Source: Nannocystis bainbridge (GTDB lineage: Bacteria; Myxococcota_A; Polyangia; Nannocystales; Nannocystaceae). Taken from it: a stretch of DNA of 64,000 nt. The stretch spans positions 3,872,001-3,936,000 of the forward strand of contig NZ_JAQNDL010000001.1 of the NCBI RefSeq assembly GCF_028368995.1. Reading direction: 5' to 3'. Position numbers and translations under genes: made by a program. Each line of letters starts with the position of its first letter. Within the stretch, counting starts at the first letter, position 1. This document shows positions 10,179 to 22,330 of this stretch, piece by piece. The notes under the pieces are model-generated. The model saw only the letters and a list, made by a program, of their open reading frames with translations, made no database searches and was not told the DNA's origin.

Positions 10179-13100
10179 ATGCTAGCGCCGATGGTCGCTC
10201 GTCGCCTCGCCGCGGGTCTCGCCTCCGTTTTGCTCTGCGCCTGCTCCGCGAAGCACCCCGGCGAGGCCGCGGCGGCCGCCCGCCCGGCGGAGGAAGTGGC
10301 CGAGCCCGAAGTCGACGTCGCCACGCGCCTGCAGCTCGACCGCCGTCGCTTCCCGCTGACCGTGTGGACCGCCTACGTGGTCCAGCAGGACTACTTCGAC
10401 AAGGAGCGCATCGACCCGCGCGAGCAGTTCGCCGAGGCCCTGCGCCACCTCGGCCTCAACACGCCGGAGTTCTTCGCCACCGTCGCCGGCGACACCGCCA
10501 CCGTCACCGTCGCCGATTTCCGCCGCGAGTTCTCGCTGGCCGGTCTCGGCGACCTGCCGGCCGTCGCCGACCGCCTCGAGGAGGTGCTCGCGTTCGTGCA
10601 GGAGAGCCTGCGCCTCGACGCCGAGGCCACGCACAAGGTCGAGTACGCGGCGATCAACGGCATGCTCGCGCCGCTCGACCCGCACACGATCCTCCTGACG
10701 CCCGAGGAGCACACCGACCTGGGCGTCAAGACGCGCGGTCAGTTCGGCGGGATCGGGGCCGAGATCCGCGAGGACGAGCGGCGGATCCGGATCGTCAAGG
10801 TCCTGCCGAACAGCCCGGCCGCGGCCGCGGGCCTCAAGGACGGCGACCTGCTGCTGCAGATCGACAAGCAGAGCACGGTCAACCTGCGCTCGTCCGACGC
10901 GCAACTGCTGCTGCGCGGGCCGATCGACACCAAGGTGTCGGTCAAGATCCAGCGCGGCCAGGAGACGCTGACGCTGACGATCACGCGCAAGATCATCCGC
11001 GTCGACAGCGTCACCGCCTCGCTGCTGCCGGGCAAGATCGCCCTGCTCGAGATCTCGACCTTCCAGGAGAACACCGGCGAGCAAGTGCGCAAGGCCATCG
11101 CCGAGCTCACGCCGGAGGGCGAGGCGCTGCGCGGGCTGGTGCTCGACCTGCGCGACAACAGCGGCGGGCTGCTCACGCAGGCGGTCGAGGTCGTCGACGC
11201 GCTGGTCGCCGCGGGCGAGCTGGTGATCGTGCGCTCGGCGCTCGGCCGCGAGGCGGAGGACGCCAAGCCCGAGGTCAACCTGCCGGCCGACGCCGCCGTG
11301 GTCGCGCTGATCAACGAGGACTCGGCGTCGGCGGCGGAGATCGTCAGCGGCGGCGTCAAGGCGCTCGGCCGCGGCGTCGTGCTCGGCCGCCCGAGCTTCG
11401 GCAAGGGCACCGTGCAGCTGCTCAAGCCGCAGAACCTGTACGGCCGCGAGCTCGCGCTCAAGATGACGATCGCCGAATACCGCGTCGCCGGCGACACCAA
11501 GATCCAGACCGTCGGCGTGCGCCCCGACCTCTCGCTCTACCCGGTCGAGCTCAGCGAGATCGTCGCCGTCGCCAACTACTACGATACCGAGCGGTTCGAG
11601 CGCCGCCGCGAGTCGACCCAGGTCGCGCACCTGCCCTCGGGCAAGCACGAGGCCGCGTTCGCCGGCAAGGCCGCCGGCGACGGGCCGCGCCTGCGCTACT
11701 TCGCCGGCCGCCAGGGCACGCCGCTGCCGCGCCCCGCCGAGGGTCCGGCGGCGATGGCCGATCCGGAGGTCCAGCTCGCCCGCGACGTGGCCGACGCGCT
11801 GGCTGGCCTTTCGGACAGCAAGCAACGGACCGAGCGCCTGGCCGCGCTCACCGGCGAGCTCGCCGCGCGCGAGGACGAGAAGATCGCCGCCGGCATCGCC
11901 GCCACCAAGATCGACTGGGCCGGCACGCTCGGGCTCGGCAGCGACCCCACGCTCGAGCTGCGCGCCCGCGTGGTCGACGACAAGAAGATCGCCGCCGGTC
12001 AGCCGTTCACGCTGCGCGTCGAGGTCACCAACAGCGGCAGCGAGGCCGCCGAGCGCGTCCACGTGATCACCGACTGCCTGCGCGACGAACTCGACGGCAT
12101 CGAGCTGCTGCTCGGCCGCATCGAGCCCGGCGCGACCGTGACCCGCGACGTCCGCCTCTACGTCATGGCCTGGCACACCGACCTCGTCGACACCCTGCGC
12201 GTCGACCTCCACGCCGGCGAGCCGGGCCCACAGGCCGACGCCAGCACCACGGTGCGCTTCGACATCGGCGGCCTGCCGCGACCGCGCTTCGCCTACGACT
12301 ACTGGATCGTCGACGACCCCGAGCTGGTGGCCGCCGCGCCGCAGCGGCCCAAGTCGCCGCCGATCCCGGGCGAGCCGCCGTTCGTGGTCAAGGGCAACGG
12401 CGACGGCGTGCTGCAACCCGGCGAGCAGGTCCTGCTCGCGCTCGAGATCCGCAACGACAGCGGCGCCGACAGCTCCGACGCGCGCGCCCTCATCCACAAC
12501 ATGTCCGGCGCCCAGGTGCTGCTCGAAGAGGGCTTCTTGCAGCTGGGGAAGATCCCCGCCAAGGGCGCGGTGCGCGGCGCGTTCGGCCTCAGCGTCAGCG
12601 AGCAGGCCGACCCGAGCAAACCCGTCGAGCTCGAGGTCATCGTCGCCGACGTCGTCGTCCGCGAGAGCGTGCGCCACAAGTTCGAGGTCCCGCTCGGCCC
12701 GCCCGCCTCCGGGTTCGTCGCCGGGCCCGCGCGCGTGGTCGCCGGCGAGGAGCCGGTGCGGCTCTACAACGCGGCCGACAGCGGCTCGCGCCAGCTCTCC
12801 GAGGTCGCCGGCGGCACCGCGCTCGACATCCTGGGCGCCGCCGGCGGATGGAGCGCCGTCGCGGCCGGTCCGGGCCGCCGCGCCTGGCTCCCCAGCGATC
12901 TCGTGAAGATCGGCGGCGCCGTCGGCAAGGGCAGCAAGCTGCCGGAGCGGCCGGCCCTGCTGGTGCAGCCGCCGGTGATCGAGGTCGAACCGGTGGCACC
13001 CGTGGCTGCGGGCGAGACGGTGGAGCTCCGCGGGACGGCCCGCCACGAGGGTCGGGTCCGCGACGTCGTCATCGCTGTCAAACCGCCGGGCACGGCCCAG

Positions 13101-13274
13101 GTCGAGCGCAAACTCGACTATCGGGCCAATCCCGCGCATCAGGGCGCCGCCGCCCGCAGCCTCCAGTTCTCCGCGCAGGTGCCGCTGGAGCCCGGGAGCA
13201 ACCGGATCCTCGTCACCGCCCGCGACGGCGACGATATCGAGGCGACCCGCGAAGTATGGGTCTTTCGCGAGTGA
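10179..13274 (+). CDS. S41 family C-terminal processing protease, MXAN_5808-type (PDZ + S41 + Ig-like/SH3 domains), lipoprotein
   Basis: LDPHT, FGGIG PDZ, LDLRDNSGG, SASAAEIV, SFGKGTVQ; LCAC lipobox. Confidence 0.92.
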   Translation: MLAPMVARRLAAGLASVLLCACSAKHPGEAAAAARPAEEVAEPEVDVATRLQLDRRRFPLTVWTAYVVQQDYFDKERIDPREQFAEALRHLGLNTPEFFATVAGDTATVTVADFRREFSLAGLGDLPAVADRLEEVLAFVQESLRLDAEATHKVEYAAINGMLAPLDPHTILLTPEEHTDLGVKTRGQFGGIGAEIREDERRIRIVKVLPNSPAAAAGLKDGDLLLQIDKQSTVNLRSSDAQLLLRGPIDTKVSVKIQRGQETLTLTITRKIIRVDSVTASLLPGKIALLEISTFQENTGEQVRKAIAELTPEGEALRGLVLDLRDNSGGLLTQAVEVVDALVAAGELVIVRSALGREAEDAKPEVNLPADAAVVALINEDSASAAEIVSGGVKALGRGVVLGRPSFGKGTVQLLKPQNLYGRELALKMTIAEYRVAGDTKIQTVGVRPDLSLYPVELSEIVAVANYYDTERFERRRESTQVAHLPSGKHEAAFAGKAAGDGPRLRYFAGRQGTPLPRPAEGPAAMADPEVQLARDVADALAGLSDSKQRTERLAALTGELAAREDEKIAAGIAATKIDWAGTLGLGSDPTLELRARVVDDKKIAAGQPFTLRVEVTNSGSEAAERVHVITDCLRDELDGIELLLGRIEPGATVTRDVRLYVMAWHTDLVDTLRVDLHAGEPGPQADASTTVRFDIGGLPRPRFAYDYWIVDDPELVAAAPQRPKSPPIPGEPPFVVKGNGDGVLQPGEQVLLALEIRNDSGADSSDARALIHNMSGAQVLLEEGFLQLGKIPAKGAVRGAFGLSVSEQADPSKPVELEVIVADVVVRESVRHKFEVPLGPPASGFVAGPARVVAGEEPVRLYNAADSGSRQLSEVAGGTALDILGAAGGWSAVAAGPGRRAWLPSDLVKIGGAVGKGSKLPERPALLVQPPVIEVEPVAPVAAGETVELRGTARHEGRVRDVVIAVKPPGTAQVERKLDYRANPAHQGAAARSLQFSAQVPLEPGSNRILVTARDGDDIEATREVWVFRE

Positions 13275-13330
13275 CGGGGGAACCTCCCCCCGCGGCGACG
13301 GTCCCACGGCCACACGCCACGTGTGATATA

Positions 13331-13403
13331 GCTGCACGGGCCTCCGGCCCTGGCGGCTGCACGGGCCTCCGGCCCTGGCGGCTGCACGGGCCTCCGGCCC
13401 TGG
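13331..13403. repeat. 25-bp tandem repeat x2.9
   Basis: GCTGCACGGGCCTCCGGCCCTGGCG exact copies at 13331 and 13356, partial copy at 13381. Confidence 0.95.
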
Positions 13404-13419
13404 ATTTTGCGAGGTTGTC

Positions 13420-14622
13420 GTGAGCGAAGCGACGGATCCAGCAGACGACTTTCCCCCGGCCGATGCCCCGCGTCGGCGCCGTTCTCCGATCATCGATGTC
13501 GCGGTGGTCGCGCTCGGCGGCTACATGCTGTTCTGGATGTTCGGCGACGTCCGCTACTTCCTCCAGGGTAGCGAGCCGCGCGACCTCGGCGACGCCGCCG
13601 CCCTGGTCGCCAAGGGCGTCGATCCCGGCCTCGACGACACCTTCGTCGTCCTCCGCGGCACCCCCGACGTCCAGCACGCCGCCCGCCTGCGCATCGAGCC
13701 CAAGTCCGGCCAGGCCGGGCGGACGATCGGCTACCTGCGCCTCATCGAGGGCGGCGGCAGCCTGTTCGCCGCCATCCCGCGGACCACCGAGGCCGCGCCG
13801 CAGCAGTTCGAGGGCGTGTTCGAGGGCCGCATGCGCCGGCTTTCCGAGTCGCCCAACTTCGCCGCCATCCAGCAGCACTTTGACGGCGAGCGCATCGTCG
13901 AGGGCCGCGACGCCACCCCCGCGGCCCTGCTCGAAGCGCTCGGCAAGCGCCAGGGCGACGGCATCACCGTCGTCGACACCGACGGCCAGAGCATCACGCT
14001 CGGCACCAAGGCCACCGTCACCATCGTGGTCGAGCAGCCCGACGTGCAGGCCCAGCTCGGGCGCAGCAGCTTCGACTCGCCGGCCGCCGCGGAGGCCGCC
14101 GTGGCCGCGCTCGGCTTCCCGTACTACGCCCCGCCCGAGCAGAGCAGCGCCCGCTTCTACAACTTCTACGTGCGCTTGCCCGCGGGCGAGCGTGAGTCGG
14201 CGCAGGCCAAGCTGTCGGCCGCCGCGGTCATCCCCGCGGACGCCAAGCCGGCCGACCCGAGCGTGGGCGCGGCGATCTTGCCGTGGATCACCAGCTACCC
14301 GGTGCCTGCGAGTGACATCACTGGCGACGGCGGCAAGTTCGGCTTCGTGCCCGGCGACAACGCCAAGCCGGGCTTCGACCTCCAGGACGGCAAGCTCGTC
14401 CCGCGGCCCCTGCAGGCCGGCCGGCTCGTGCTCGATCCCGGCGACGTCAAGGCCGTGCGGCTCGAGCGGCCCGTCACCGTCGACCCGCAGGGCTACGTGA
14501 TCGACGTCGGCGTCCGCCCGCGCGACCGCTGGCTCGAGGTCGTGATGTGGTGCCTGGTGCTGATCGTCGTCGGCTGGAACGTCACCAGCCTGGTCGCCGG
14601 GTGGCGCGCGCGGCGGGCTTGA
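13420..14622 (+). CDS. Hypothetical membrane protein (N- and C-terminal TM)
   Basis: Strong GC3 bias, two hydrophobic helices, operon with cysS. Confidence 0.75.
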   Translation: MSEATDPADDFPPADAPRRRRSPIIDVAVVALGGYMLFWMFGDVRYFLQGSEPRDLGDAAALVAKGVDPGLDDTFVVLRGTPDVQHAARLRIEPKSGQAGRTIGYLRLIEGGGSLFAAIPRTTEAAPQQFEGVFEGRMRRLSESPNFAAIQQHFDGERIVEGRDATPAALLEALGKRQGDGITVVDTDGQSITLGTKATVTIVVEQPDVQAQLGRSSFDSPAAAEAAVAALGFPYYAPPEQSSARFYNFYVRLPAGERESAQAKLSAAAVIPADAKPADPSVGAAILPWITSYPVPASDITGDGGKFGFVPGDNAKPGFDLQDGKLVPRPLQAGRLVLDPGDVKAVRLERPVTVDPQGYVIDVGVRPRDRWLEVVMWCLVLIVVGWNVTSLVAGWRARRA

Positions 14623-14642
14623 GGCACACTGCCTCGCCCGAG

Positions 14643-16223
<1,581 letters not shown>

Positions 16224-16296
16224 GCCCGTCCCCCCGGCCCCGTGGCCCGGGGGCTTGCATCCCCGCAGCCGAGCGCTTCACTACAACCTCAAGGTC

Positions 16297-17175
16297 GTGT
16301 CCGCCAGCAGTCAAACCATCTCGCTGCGCCTGTTCGGGGCCGGCGGCGCGTTCTCCCGTCGCTACGGGACGACCTGCTCGATGGTCACCCTGCGCGACGG
16401 CAAGCGGTGGCTCATCGACTGCGGGCGTCAGGCGCCGGACCAGCTGTACGCGGCCGGCTACGCCTGGCACGACATCCACGGCCAGATCATCACCCACTGC
16501 CACGGCGACCACGTCTTCGGCCTCGAGGACTTCGCTTTCGTCCGCTACTTCGAGACCCACGCCGAGGTGATGGCCTCGAGCCGCGGCGGGCCGCTGCCCA
16601 AGTACGTCTCGCACAGCGCCGTGCGCGACGAGGTGTGGGAGACGCTGGCGCCCTCGCTGCGCTACGTCCAGGACGGCCGCGGCAACCTGCGCAGCGGCAC
16701 CCTGCAGCACTTCTTTCAGGTCATCCCTCCGGCCGCGGTCGAGCCGCCGCGCAAGAACCCCTGGAACCACGCCGAGGCCTTCGAGGTCGACGGCCTGCGC
16801 GTGGTCACCCGCGAGAACGAGCACGTGCCCGGCAAGCCGTCGTGCGCGCTCGAGCTGCACGTCGGCGAGGACCCGCGGGACCCGCGGATCGCCTGGTGGT
16901 CCGGCGACGGCGTCGTCGACCCCGCCTTCCTCCACAGCATCGAGCCGCGCACCAGCATCTTCTTCCACGACTGCACCTTCATCGACTACCCCGGTCAGGT
17001 CCACGGCTTCTTCGACCGGCTCGAGGCCCTGCCCGAGGCGGTCCGGCGCAAGCTCGTGATCATGCACCACGAGGACAACCTCGAGCTCTACCGCCCGCGC
17101 GTCGAGGCGGCGGGCTTCCGGATCGCCCTGCCCGGCCACGTCTTCGACCTGGTCGCCGGCCAGCAGATGCTGTAG
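16297..17175 (+). CDS. MBL-fold metallo-hydrolase (RNase Z/cAMP PDE-like); start uncertain
   Basis: [33 protein letters not shown]. Confidence 0.85.
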   Translation: MSASSQTISLRLFGAGGAFSRRYGTTCSMVTLRDGKRWLIDCGRQAPDQLYAAGYAWHDIHGQIITHCHGDHVFGLEDFAFVRYFETHAEVMASSRGGPLPKYVSHSAVRDEVWETLAPSLRYVQDGRGNLRSGTLQHFFQVIPPAAVEPPRKNPWNHAEAFEVDGLRVVTRENEHVPGKPSCALELHVGEDPRDPRIAWWSGDGVVDPAFLHSIEPRTSIFFHDCTFIDYPGQVHGFFDRLEALPEAVRRKLVIMHHEDNLELYRPRVEAAGFRIALPGHVFDLVAGQQML

Positions 17176-17178
17176 CGG

Positions 17179-17254
17179 CCTGTCCTCGGGGACATGCCCC
17201 CGGGAGCATGCCCGAGCGAGCATGTCCCGCGAGACATGTCCACGGCGACATGTC
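17179..17254. repeat. 14-bp-period palindromic array
   Basis: CCTG/CATG cores at 17179, 17193, 17207, 17221, 17235, 17249. Confidence 0.9.
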
Positions 17255-17269
17255 CCGATTGTCGGCCGC

Positions 17270-17803
17270 TCAGCCCGGCCGTTCGCCGCGGATGCGCGGC
17301 AGCAGCTCGACGAAGTTGCAGGGCTTGTGGCGGTGGTCGAGCTGCTGCAGCAGGATCTTGTCGAACGCCGTGCGCACCGCCCCGGTCGAGCCGGGCAGCA
17401 GGAACACGTAGGTCGTGCCGCACAGGGCCGCCTCGGCGCGGCTCTGGATCGTCGAAGTCCCGATCTCCGCGAAGCTGAGCCAGCGGAACAGCTCGCCGAA
17501 GCCGGGGATCGGCTTGGTCACCAGGGGCGCCAGCGCCTCGGGCGTCACGTCGCGCGGCGTCACCCCGGTGCCGCCGGTGGTGATCACCACCTCGACCTCC
17601 GGGTCGTCGATGAAGCCTTGCAGGGCTGCGCGGATCTCCTCGCGGTCGTCGCGGACGATCGCGCGGCGGACCACCTTGTGCCCGGCCTCGGTGAGGCGGT
17701 CGACCGCCGTCTGGCCTGACGTATCGGTCGCCAGCGTGCGGGTGTCGGAGACCGTCAGCACGGCGGCGTGCACGGGGATGAACTCGCGGACGGCTTGGTT
17801 CAT
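17270..17803 (-). CDS. moaB: Molybdenum cofactor biosynthesis protein B
   Basis: [44 protein letters not shown]. Confidence 0.95.
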   Translation of the reverse strand: MNQAVREFIPVHAAVLTVSDTRTLATDTSGQTAVDRLTEAGHKVVRRAIVRDDREEIRAALQGFIDDPEVEVVITTGGTGVTPRDVTPEALAPLVTKPIPGFGELFRWLSFAEIGTSTIQSRAEAALCGTTYVFLLPGSTGAVRTAFDKILLQQLDHRHKPCNFVELLPRIRGERPG

Positions 17804-17809
17804 GGCGCG

Positions 17810-18694
17810 TCAGTACTCCTGGATCTCCGGCGCCACCACGAACTCCAGCTCCTGGATGCTCGCCGGCTCGCCGAACGTGCTCAGCTCGATGTGGACCAAC
17901 CCGGGCTTGTTCGTCAGCGTCTGCGGGTCGGCGATCGCGTCGGGCACGATGATGGCGATGTACATGTGCTCGAGCGTGCCCATGCCGTCCCCTATCGGAT
18001 AGAAGCCGACCGAATAGTTGTTGAGGCGGGCGAAGTGGCCGCCGAAGCCGACGTTGTGGCCCTCGATATCGACCCACATGTCCACGTGCGGCATCTTCGG
18101 GTTGTCCCAGTCGTTGGGGTCCTCGGTGATCACGAAGTTCTTGCCGCGCAGGCTGAACGCCAGCATCAGCAGCCCCTGACCGCCGCGAACCACCGGCAGC
18201 GTCCCCCCGGCTTCGAGTTTCGCGTACACCGGCGGCAGGAACGGGTCGACCGGGTCGAACACTGCCTGCCCGATCTCGAACTCGACGTCCGAAACGATCC
18301 CCTCGTCCTCGCAGGCTGTGAGGTCGGGGAACGCCGCCGCGTAGTTGCGCAGCTGCGCGTCGCACAGCGCCAGGCAGTCGGCCGCCTCCTCTTCGTTGCC
18401 CGACCAGCAGCTGCCCTCCGCCCCGTGGGTCGCCTCGGCCTCGGCTCCGGCGGCGGCGTCGACCTCCTTCAGGCAGGCCACGTAGCGCAGGCACACCTCT
18501 GGCGCGCCATCGCCGGCCGAGGTCGCCTCGCTGCTGCTGTCGCTCTCGCTCGCCGTCTCGTTGTGCACGCGGAGCTCGCACGCGAGGCAGGCGATCCCGG
18601 CGAGCAGCGGCAGGACGGCCGCCCGCCACCTCTCGGTGAAGACGCCGGGCGGGCGGGCTCCTGGGGCCTCGCGCGGCGAAATAAGCGAAGTCAT
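17810..18694 (-). CDS. Hypothetical Cys-rich lipoprotein
   Basis: LAC lipobox, Cys-rich helical segment, GGQG motif common in myxobacterial lipoproteins; start ATG 18694. Confidence 0.7.
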   Translation of the reverse strand: MTSLISPREAPGARPPGVFTERWRAAVLPLLAGIACLACELRVHNETASESDSSSEATSAGDGAPEVCLRYVACLKEVDAAAGAEAEATHGAEGSCWSGNEEEAADCLALCDAQLRNYAAAFPDLTACEDEGIVSDVEFEIGQAVFDPVDPFLPPVYAKLEAGGTLPVVRGGQGLLMLAFSLRGKNFVITEDPNDWDNPKMPHVDMWVDIEGHNVGFGGHFARLNNYSVGFYPIGDGMGTLEHMYIAIIVPDAIADPQTLTNKPGLVHIELSTFGEPASIQELEFVVAPEIQEY

Positions 18695-18820
18695 GGCTGG
18701 ATGGTGCGCCAGGCGCCGGGCGGCGGCAACACACATCGCGGGCGGCGGCCGGGCCGCGCGGATTTTCGCTATGATGGCGCCGCCTTGCTCGTCGCCGGTC
18801 GTCGCCTCGTCACCGCACGG

Positions 18821-19783
18821 ATGCGCCCCGCGCTGGCGCTCGCGGTCGGCCTCCTCGGCGGCTGTTACAGCAGCGACTACCTCGAGGGCCTGTGCGCAAA
18901 CACGGGCGTCTGTCCTGACCCGCCGCCCGAGAGCCCCGTCGCGTTTCGGATCACCTCGCTCGAGCTCGTCGACCCGCACACCTACACCTTCGACCCCGTG
19001 CTCGGCGTGTGCACCGATTCGACCGCCACCCTCAACGGCTTCATCGCCCAGGGCATCGCCGACTACGACGTCAGCAACGTGCTCGTGCTGCGCCCGCTCG
19101 ACCTCAAGAGCGCCGTCGCCAAGCTGCAGTTCGTCTCGGCGCTGTGCATCGCCGGCTCGCCGACCAACTGCACCGACCGCATGATCGCCGGCACCCACAC
19201 CGTCGACATCGACGCCTTCAACCGCGAGGCCGGCGCCTGCGGGAACACCGAGCCCAACTCGCTCAACGCCGCCTACGACGCCCCGCCGCGGCCCCCCGCG
19301 CCGTGCCTCGTCAGCGCCAAGATCGCCGGCACCCCCGTGCGGCTGGCGGCGCAGGCCGGCATGACCCCGCTCGACCTCGCCCTCGTCGAGGTCGAGATCG
19401 CCGCCGCCTACGCGATCGACGGCCAGCCGCAGAAGCTCGTCCAGGGCGTCCTGCGCGGCTTCATGCCCGCGGCCACCGCCATGCTGGCGGCCGGGCAGGC
19501 CAACGGCATCAGCTTCGTCCCGTGGAACGTCCTCGCTGGCGGCGCCGGCTGCCAGGCCGACGCCATGAACACCTTCAGCGACATCGACAACCACGGCCTC
19601 TACGGCCAGGGCGTGTGGATGTACTTCAACTTCACGGCCGAGCGCGTGCAGTGGGCCACCGACCGCCCCGAGCCGATGGCCGAGACCGCTGGCACCGGCG
19701 ACACCGACGGCACCGGCGGCACCGCGGCCACCACGGGCGCCACCGCAGATGGTACGGCGACGACGGTTGGCACCGGCCCGTGA
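18821..19783 (+). CDS. Hypothetical lipoprotein
   Basis: MRPALALAVGLLGGC lipobox, paired Cys, Thr/Gly tail. Confidence 0.75.
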   Translation: MRPALALAVGLLGGCYSSDYLEGLCANTGVCPDPPPESPVAFRITSLELVDPHTYTFDPVLGVCTDSTATLNGFIAQGIADYDVSNVLVLRPLDLKSAVAKLQFVSALCIAGSPTNCTDRMIAGTHTVDIDAFNREAGACGNTEPNSLNAAYDAPPRPPAPCLVSAKIAGTPVRLAAQAGMTPLDLALVEVEIAAAYAIDGQPQKLVQGVLRGFMPAATAMLAAGQANGISFVPWNVLAGGAGCQADAMNTFSDIDNHGLYGQGVWMYFNFTAERVQWATDRPEPMAETAGTGDTDGTGGTAATTGATADGTATTVGTGP

Positions 19784-19805
19784 ATCACGCATCCTCACCC
19801 ATCGG

Positions 19806-21047
19806 ATGGCCGAGACGCCGCAGGACCCGAAGATCGAGCCCACTGAAGCCAGCGCCGTCCCGCCCGCGCCGCCCGTGCCGCCCGTGGGCACGCCGACCGC
19901 CGCGCTGAGCCCCGAGCTGCAGGTCGCCGCCGCCGAGCTGGCGCAGGTCGGCGACGAGACCGGCGAGCCTGTCGATGTCCCCAAGGACATGACGGCCGGC
20001 GAGATCGCCACCGTCAAGCGCTTCGCCAGGTTCCGCGCCTTCTTTGCCAAGCACGGTCACCTGCTGTGGTGGCTGCACTCGGCCTACGCCATGACCTTCG
20101 GCGCGTTCGTCATGATGTACGCCGCCGAGGGCTACGACCGCGCCCGCTGGATGGTCGTGCTGTTGTGCGCCGGCTGGCTGGTGATCGTCATGTTCTTCCG
20201 CCACTTCGGCCAGGGCCGCGGGCAGAAGGACAGGGTCACCGACGCCAAGTCGAAGCTGCGCTTCTACGTGATGACCACGGCGCTGAAGAACCTCTACCAG
20301 AGCATGCTGTTCTTCCTGGTGCCCTTCTATTGGAAGGCCGCCACGCTCGACGCCGACAACCGCTTCTTCCTCTACCTGCTCGGCCTGCTCGCGCTGCTGT
20401 CGACCGTCGACGTCGTGTTCGACCAGGTCTTGATGCGCTACAAGGCCCCGGCCTCGGTCGTCTACCTGTTCATCCTGTTCGCCTGCCTCAACCTGGTGTT
20501 GCCGGCGATCTTCCCTGACACGCGCACGCTCGTCACCTTGCTGGCCGCAGCCGCGCTGGCGACGGTGGTGTTCTTCACCATGCACGTGCCGTTCAAGAAC
20601 CTGCTCAAGCCGGCGTGGTTCTTCGCCCTGGTGGCCGCCGTCGGCATGGCCGTGTTCATCGCCTACGCCGGCCGGCGCGGCATCCCGCCGGTGCCGATGT
20701 ACGTCGCCGTCGGCGCGGTCGGCCCGACCCTCTTGCCCGACGGTCGCCTCAGCATGCACGTCAGCGCCCTCCACGAGTCGCTGATCACCGAGATGCACGC
20801 GATCACCGACGTCGTCACCCCGGGCGGCCGCGGCGACAACCTCCTGCACGTCTGGCGTCACCGCGGCCTCGAGGTCCAGCGCGGCGCCAGCGAGCCCGCC
20901 GTCGACCCACCGCCCGGCAGCGTCCGCCTGCGTTCCACCTTGCGTTCGTTCCACATCCCCTCGGACCGCACCGGCCCGTGGAGCATCGACGTCGTCACCG
21001 AGGACGACCAGTTGGTCGGGCGCGTCGAATTCGAGGTCATCCAATGA
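19806..21047 (+). CDS. Multi-TM protein with C-terminal DUF2914 domain (DUF5924-like)
   Basis: About 8 TM helices, YQSMLFFLVPFYW, IPPVP, HVWRH..G.WSIDVVTEDDQLVGRVEFEV. Confidence 0.75.
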   Translation: MAETPQDPKIEPTEASAVPPAPPVPPVGTPTAALSPELQVAAAELAQVGDETGEPVDVPKDMTAGEIATVKRFARFRAFFAKHGHLLWWLHSAYAMTFGAFVMMYAAEGYDRARWMVVLLCAGWLVIVMFFRHFGQGRGQKDRVTDAKSKLRFYVMTTALKNLYQSMLFFLVPFYWKAATLDADNRFFLYLLGLLALLSTVDVVFDQVLMRYKAPASVVYLFILFACLNLVLPAIFPDTRTLVTLLAAAALATVVFFTMHVPFKNLLKPAWFFALVAAVGMAVFIAYAGRRGIPPVPMYVAVGAVGPTLLPDGRLSMHVSALHESLITEMHAITDVVTPGGRGDNLLHVWRHRGLEVQRGASEPAVDPPPGSVRLRSTLRSFHIPSDRTGPWSIDVVTEDDQLVGRVEFEVIQ

Positions 21048-22330
21048 CGAGCGAAGTCCGCGTCCGCCCCCCACCCGGCCCGATCTTGGCCGCCCTCACC
21101 CCGCCTGGCTCGAAGAGCCTGACCAACCGCGCGCTTGTCCTTGCGGCCATGTCCGAAGGGACATCCATGCTGCGCGGCTGCCTCGACTCCGAGGACACCC
21201 AGGTCATGCGCGCCGCGCTGGCCCGCTGCGGCGTCGTCTGCGAGGCCAGCGAGGACGCCAGCGAGGTCCGCGTCACCGGCGTCGGCGGCCCGCTGACGCG
21301 CGTCGACGAGCCCGAGCGGCCGATCGACGTCGCCACCGCCGGCACCGCCGCTCGCTTCCTCGCCGCCGTGTTCGCCGCCTCGCCGATCACCTGCCTCGTC
21401 GACGGCAGCGCGCGCATGCGCGAACGGCCCATGGAGGGCCTCCTGCAGGCTCTGCGGGCCCAGGGCGCCGACATCCGCTGCACCGCCGCCGAGGACATGT
21501 TGCCGTGCGAGATCCGCGGCGCTCGCCTGCGCGGCGGCGAGATCCGCCTCGCTCGCCCGCCCAGCTCCCAGTTCATCTCCGCCCTCCTGATCGCCGCCCC
21601 GCTCGCCGACGCTCCGCTGCGCATCGTGCTCGAGCAGGGCACCCCCGCGCGGCCCTACGTCGACATGACCCTCGCCTGCCTGCGTGACTTCGGGGCCGAC
21701 GCGCGCTGGCTCGAGCGAGATGTGCTCGAGGTCAGCCCCACCACCTTGCGCGGCCGCGACTACCACGTCGAGCCCGACGCCTCCGCCGCCACCTACTTGC
21801 TGTCGCTGGCCGCGATCTTCGGCGGCGAGGTGCGCGTCCCCGGCCTCGGTCGCGCCAGCCAGCAGGGCGACACCCGCTTCTGCGACGTGCTCGGGCGCAT
21901 GGGCGCGAGCGTCCTCCAGGGCCCCGAGATCACCCTCGTGCGCGGCGCCGGCACCCTGCACGGCGTCGACCTCGACCTCTCCGACATGCCCGACACCACG
22001 CTGACCGCCGCCGTGCTCGCGCTGCACGCCGTCGGGCCGACGCGGATCCGCGGCGTCGAGGTCCTGCGTCACCACGAGAGCGACCGGATCGCCGCTGCCG
22101 CCACCGAGCTGCGCAAGCTCGGCGCCGAGGTCGTCGAGCACGAAGACGGCCTCGACATCACCCCGCCGGCGCAGATCGTCGCTGGCGCCGCGATCGACAC
22201 CTACCGCGACCACCGCGTCGCCATGGCCTTCAGTCTCGCCGGCCACGTCACGATCCGCGACCCCGGCTGCGTCGCCAAGACCTTCCCCAAGTACTTCGAG
22301 GTCCTCGCCGGCCTCGGCATGGTCGAGTGA
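21044..22330 (+). CDS. aroA: 3-phosphoshikimate 1-carboxyvinyltransferase
   Basis: PGSKSLTNR, AGTAARF, RMRERP, SSQF, EPDAS, ESDRI, DHRVAM, CVAKTFP. Confidence 0.96.
   Translation: MTSEVRVRPPPGPILAALTPPGSKSLTNRALVLAAMSEGTSMLRGCLDSEDTQVMRAALARCGVVCEASEDASEVRVTGVGGPLTRVDEPERPIDVATAGTAARFLAAVFAASPITCLVDGSARMRERPMEGLLQALRAQGADIRCTAAEDMLPCEIRGARLRGGEIRLARPPSSQFISALLIAAPLADAPLRIVLEQGTPARPYVDMTLACLRDFGADARWLERDVLEVSPTTLRGRDYHVEPDASAATYLLSLAAIFGGEVRVPGLGRASQQGDTRFCDVLGRMGASVLQGPEITLVRGAGTLHGVDLDLSDMPDTTLTAAVLALHAVGPTRIRGVEVLRHHESDRIAAAATELRKLGAEVVEHEDGLDITPPAQIVAGAAIDTYRDHRVAMAFSLAGHVTIRDPGCVAKTFPKYFEVLAGLGMVE

Noticed and set aside
17810-20050. 746-aa minus-strand ORF as a single gene
   Set aside because: The upstream part is antisense to the 18821-19783 lipoprotein gene; only 17810-18694 looks coding
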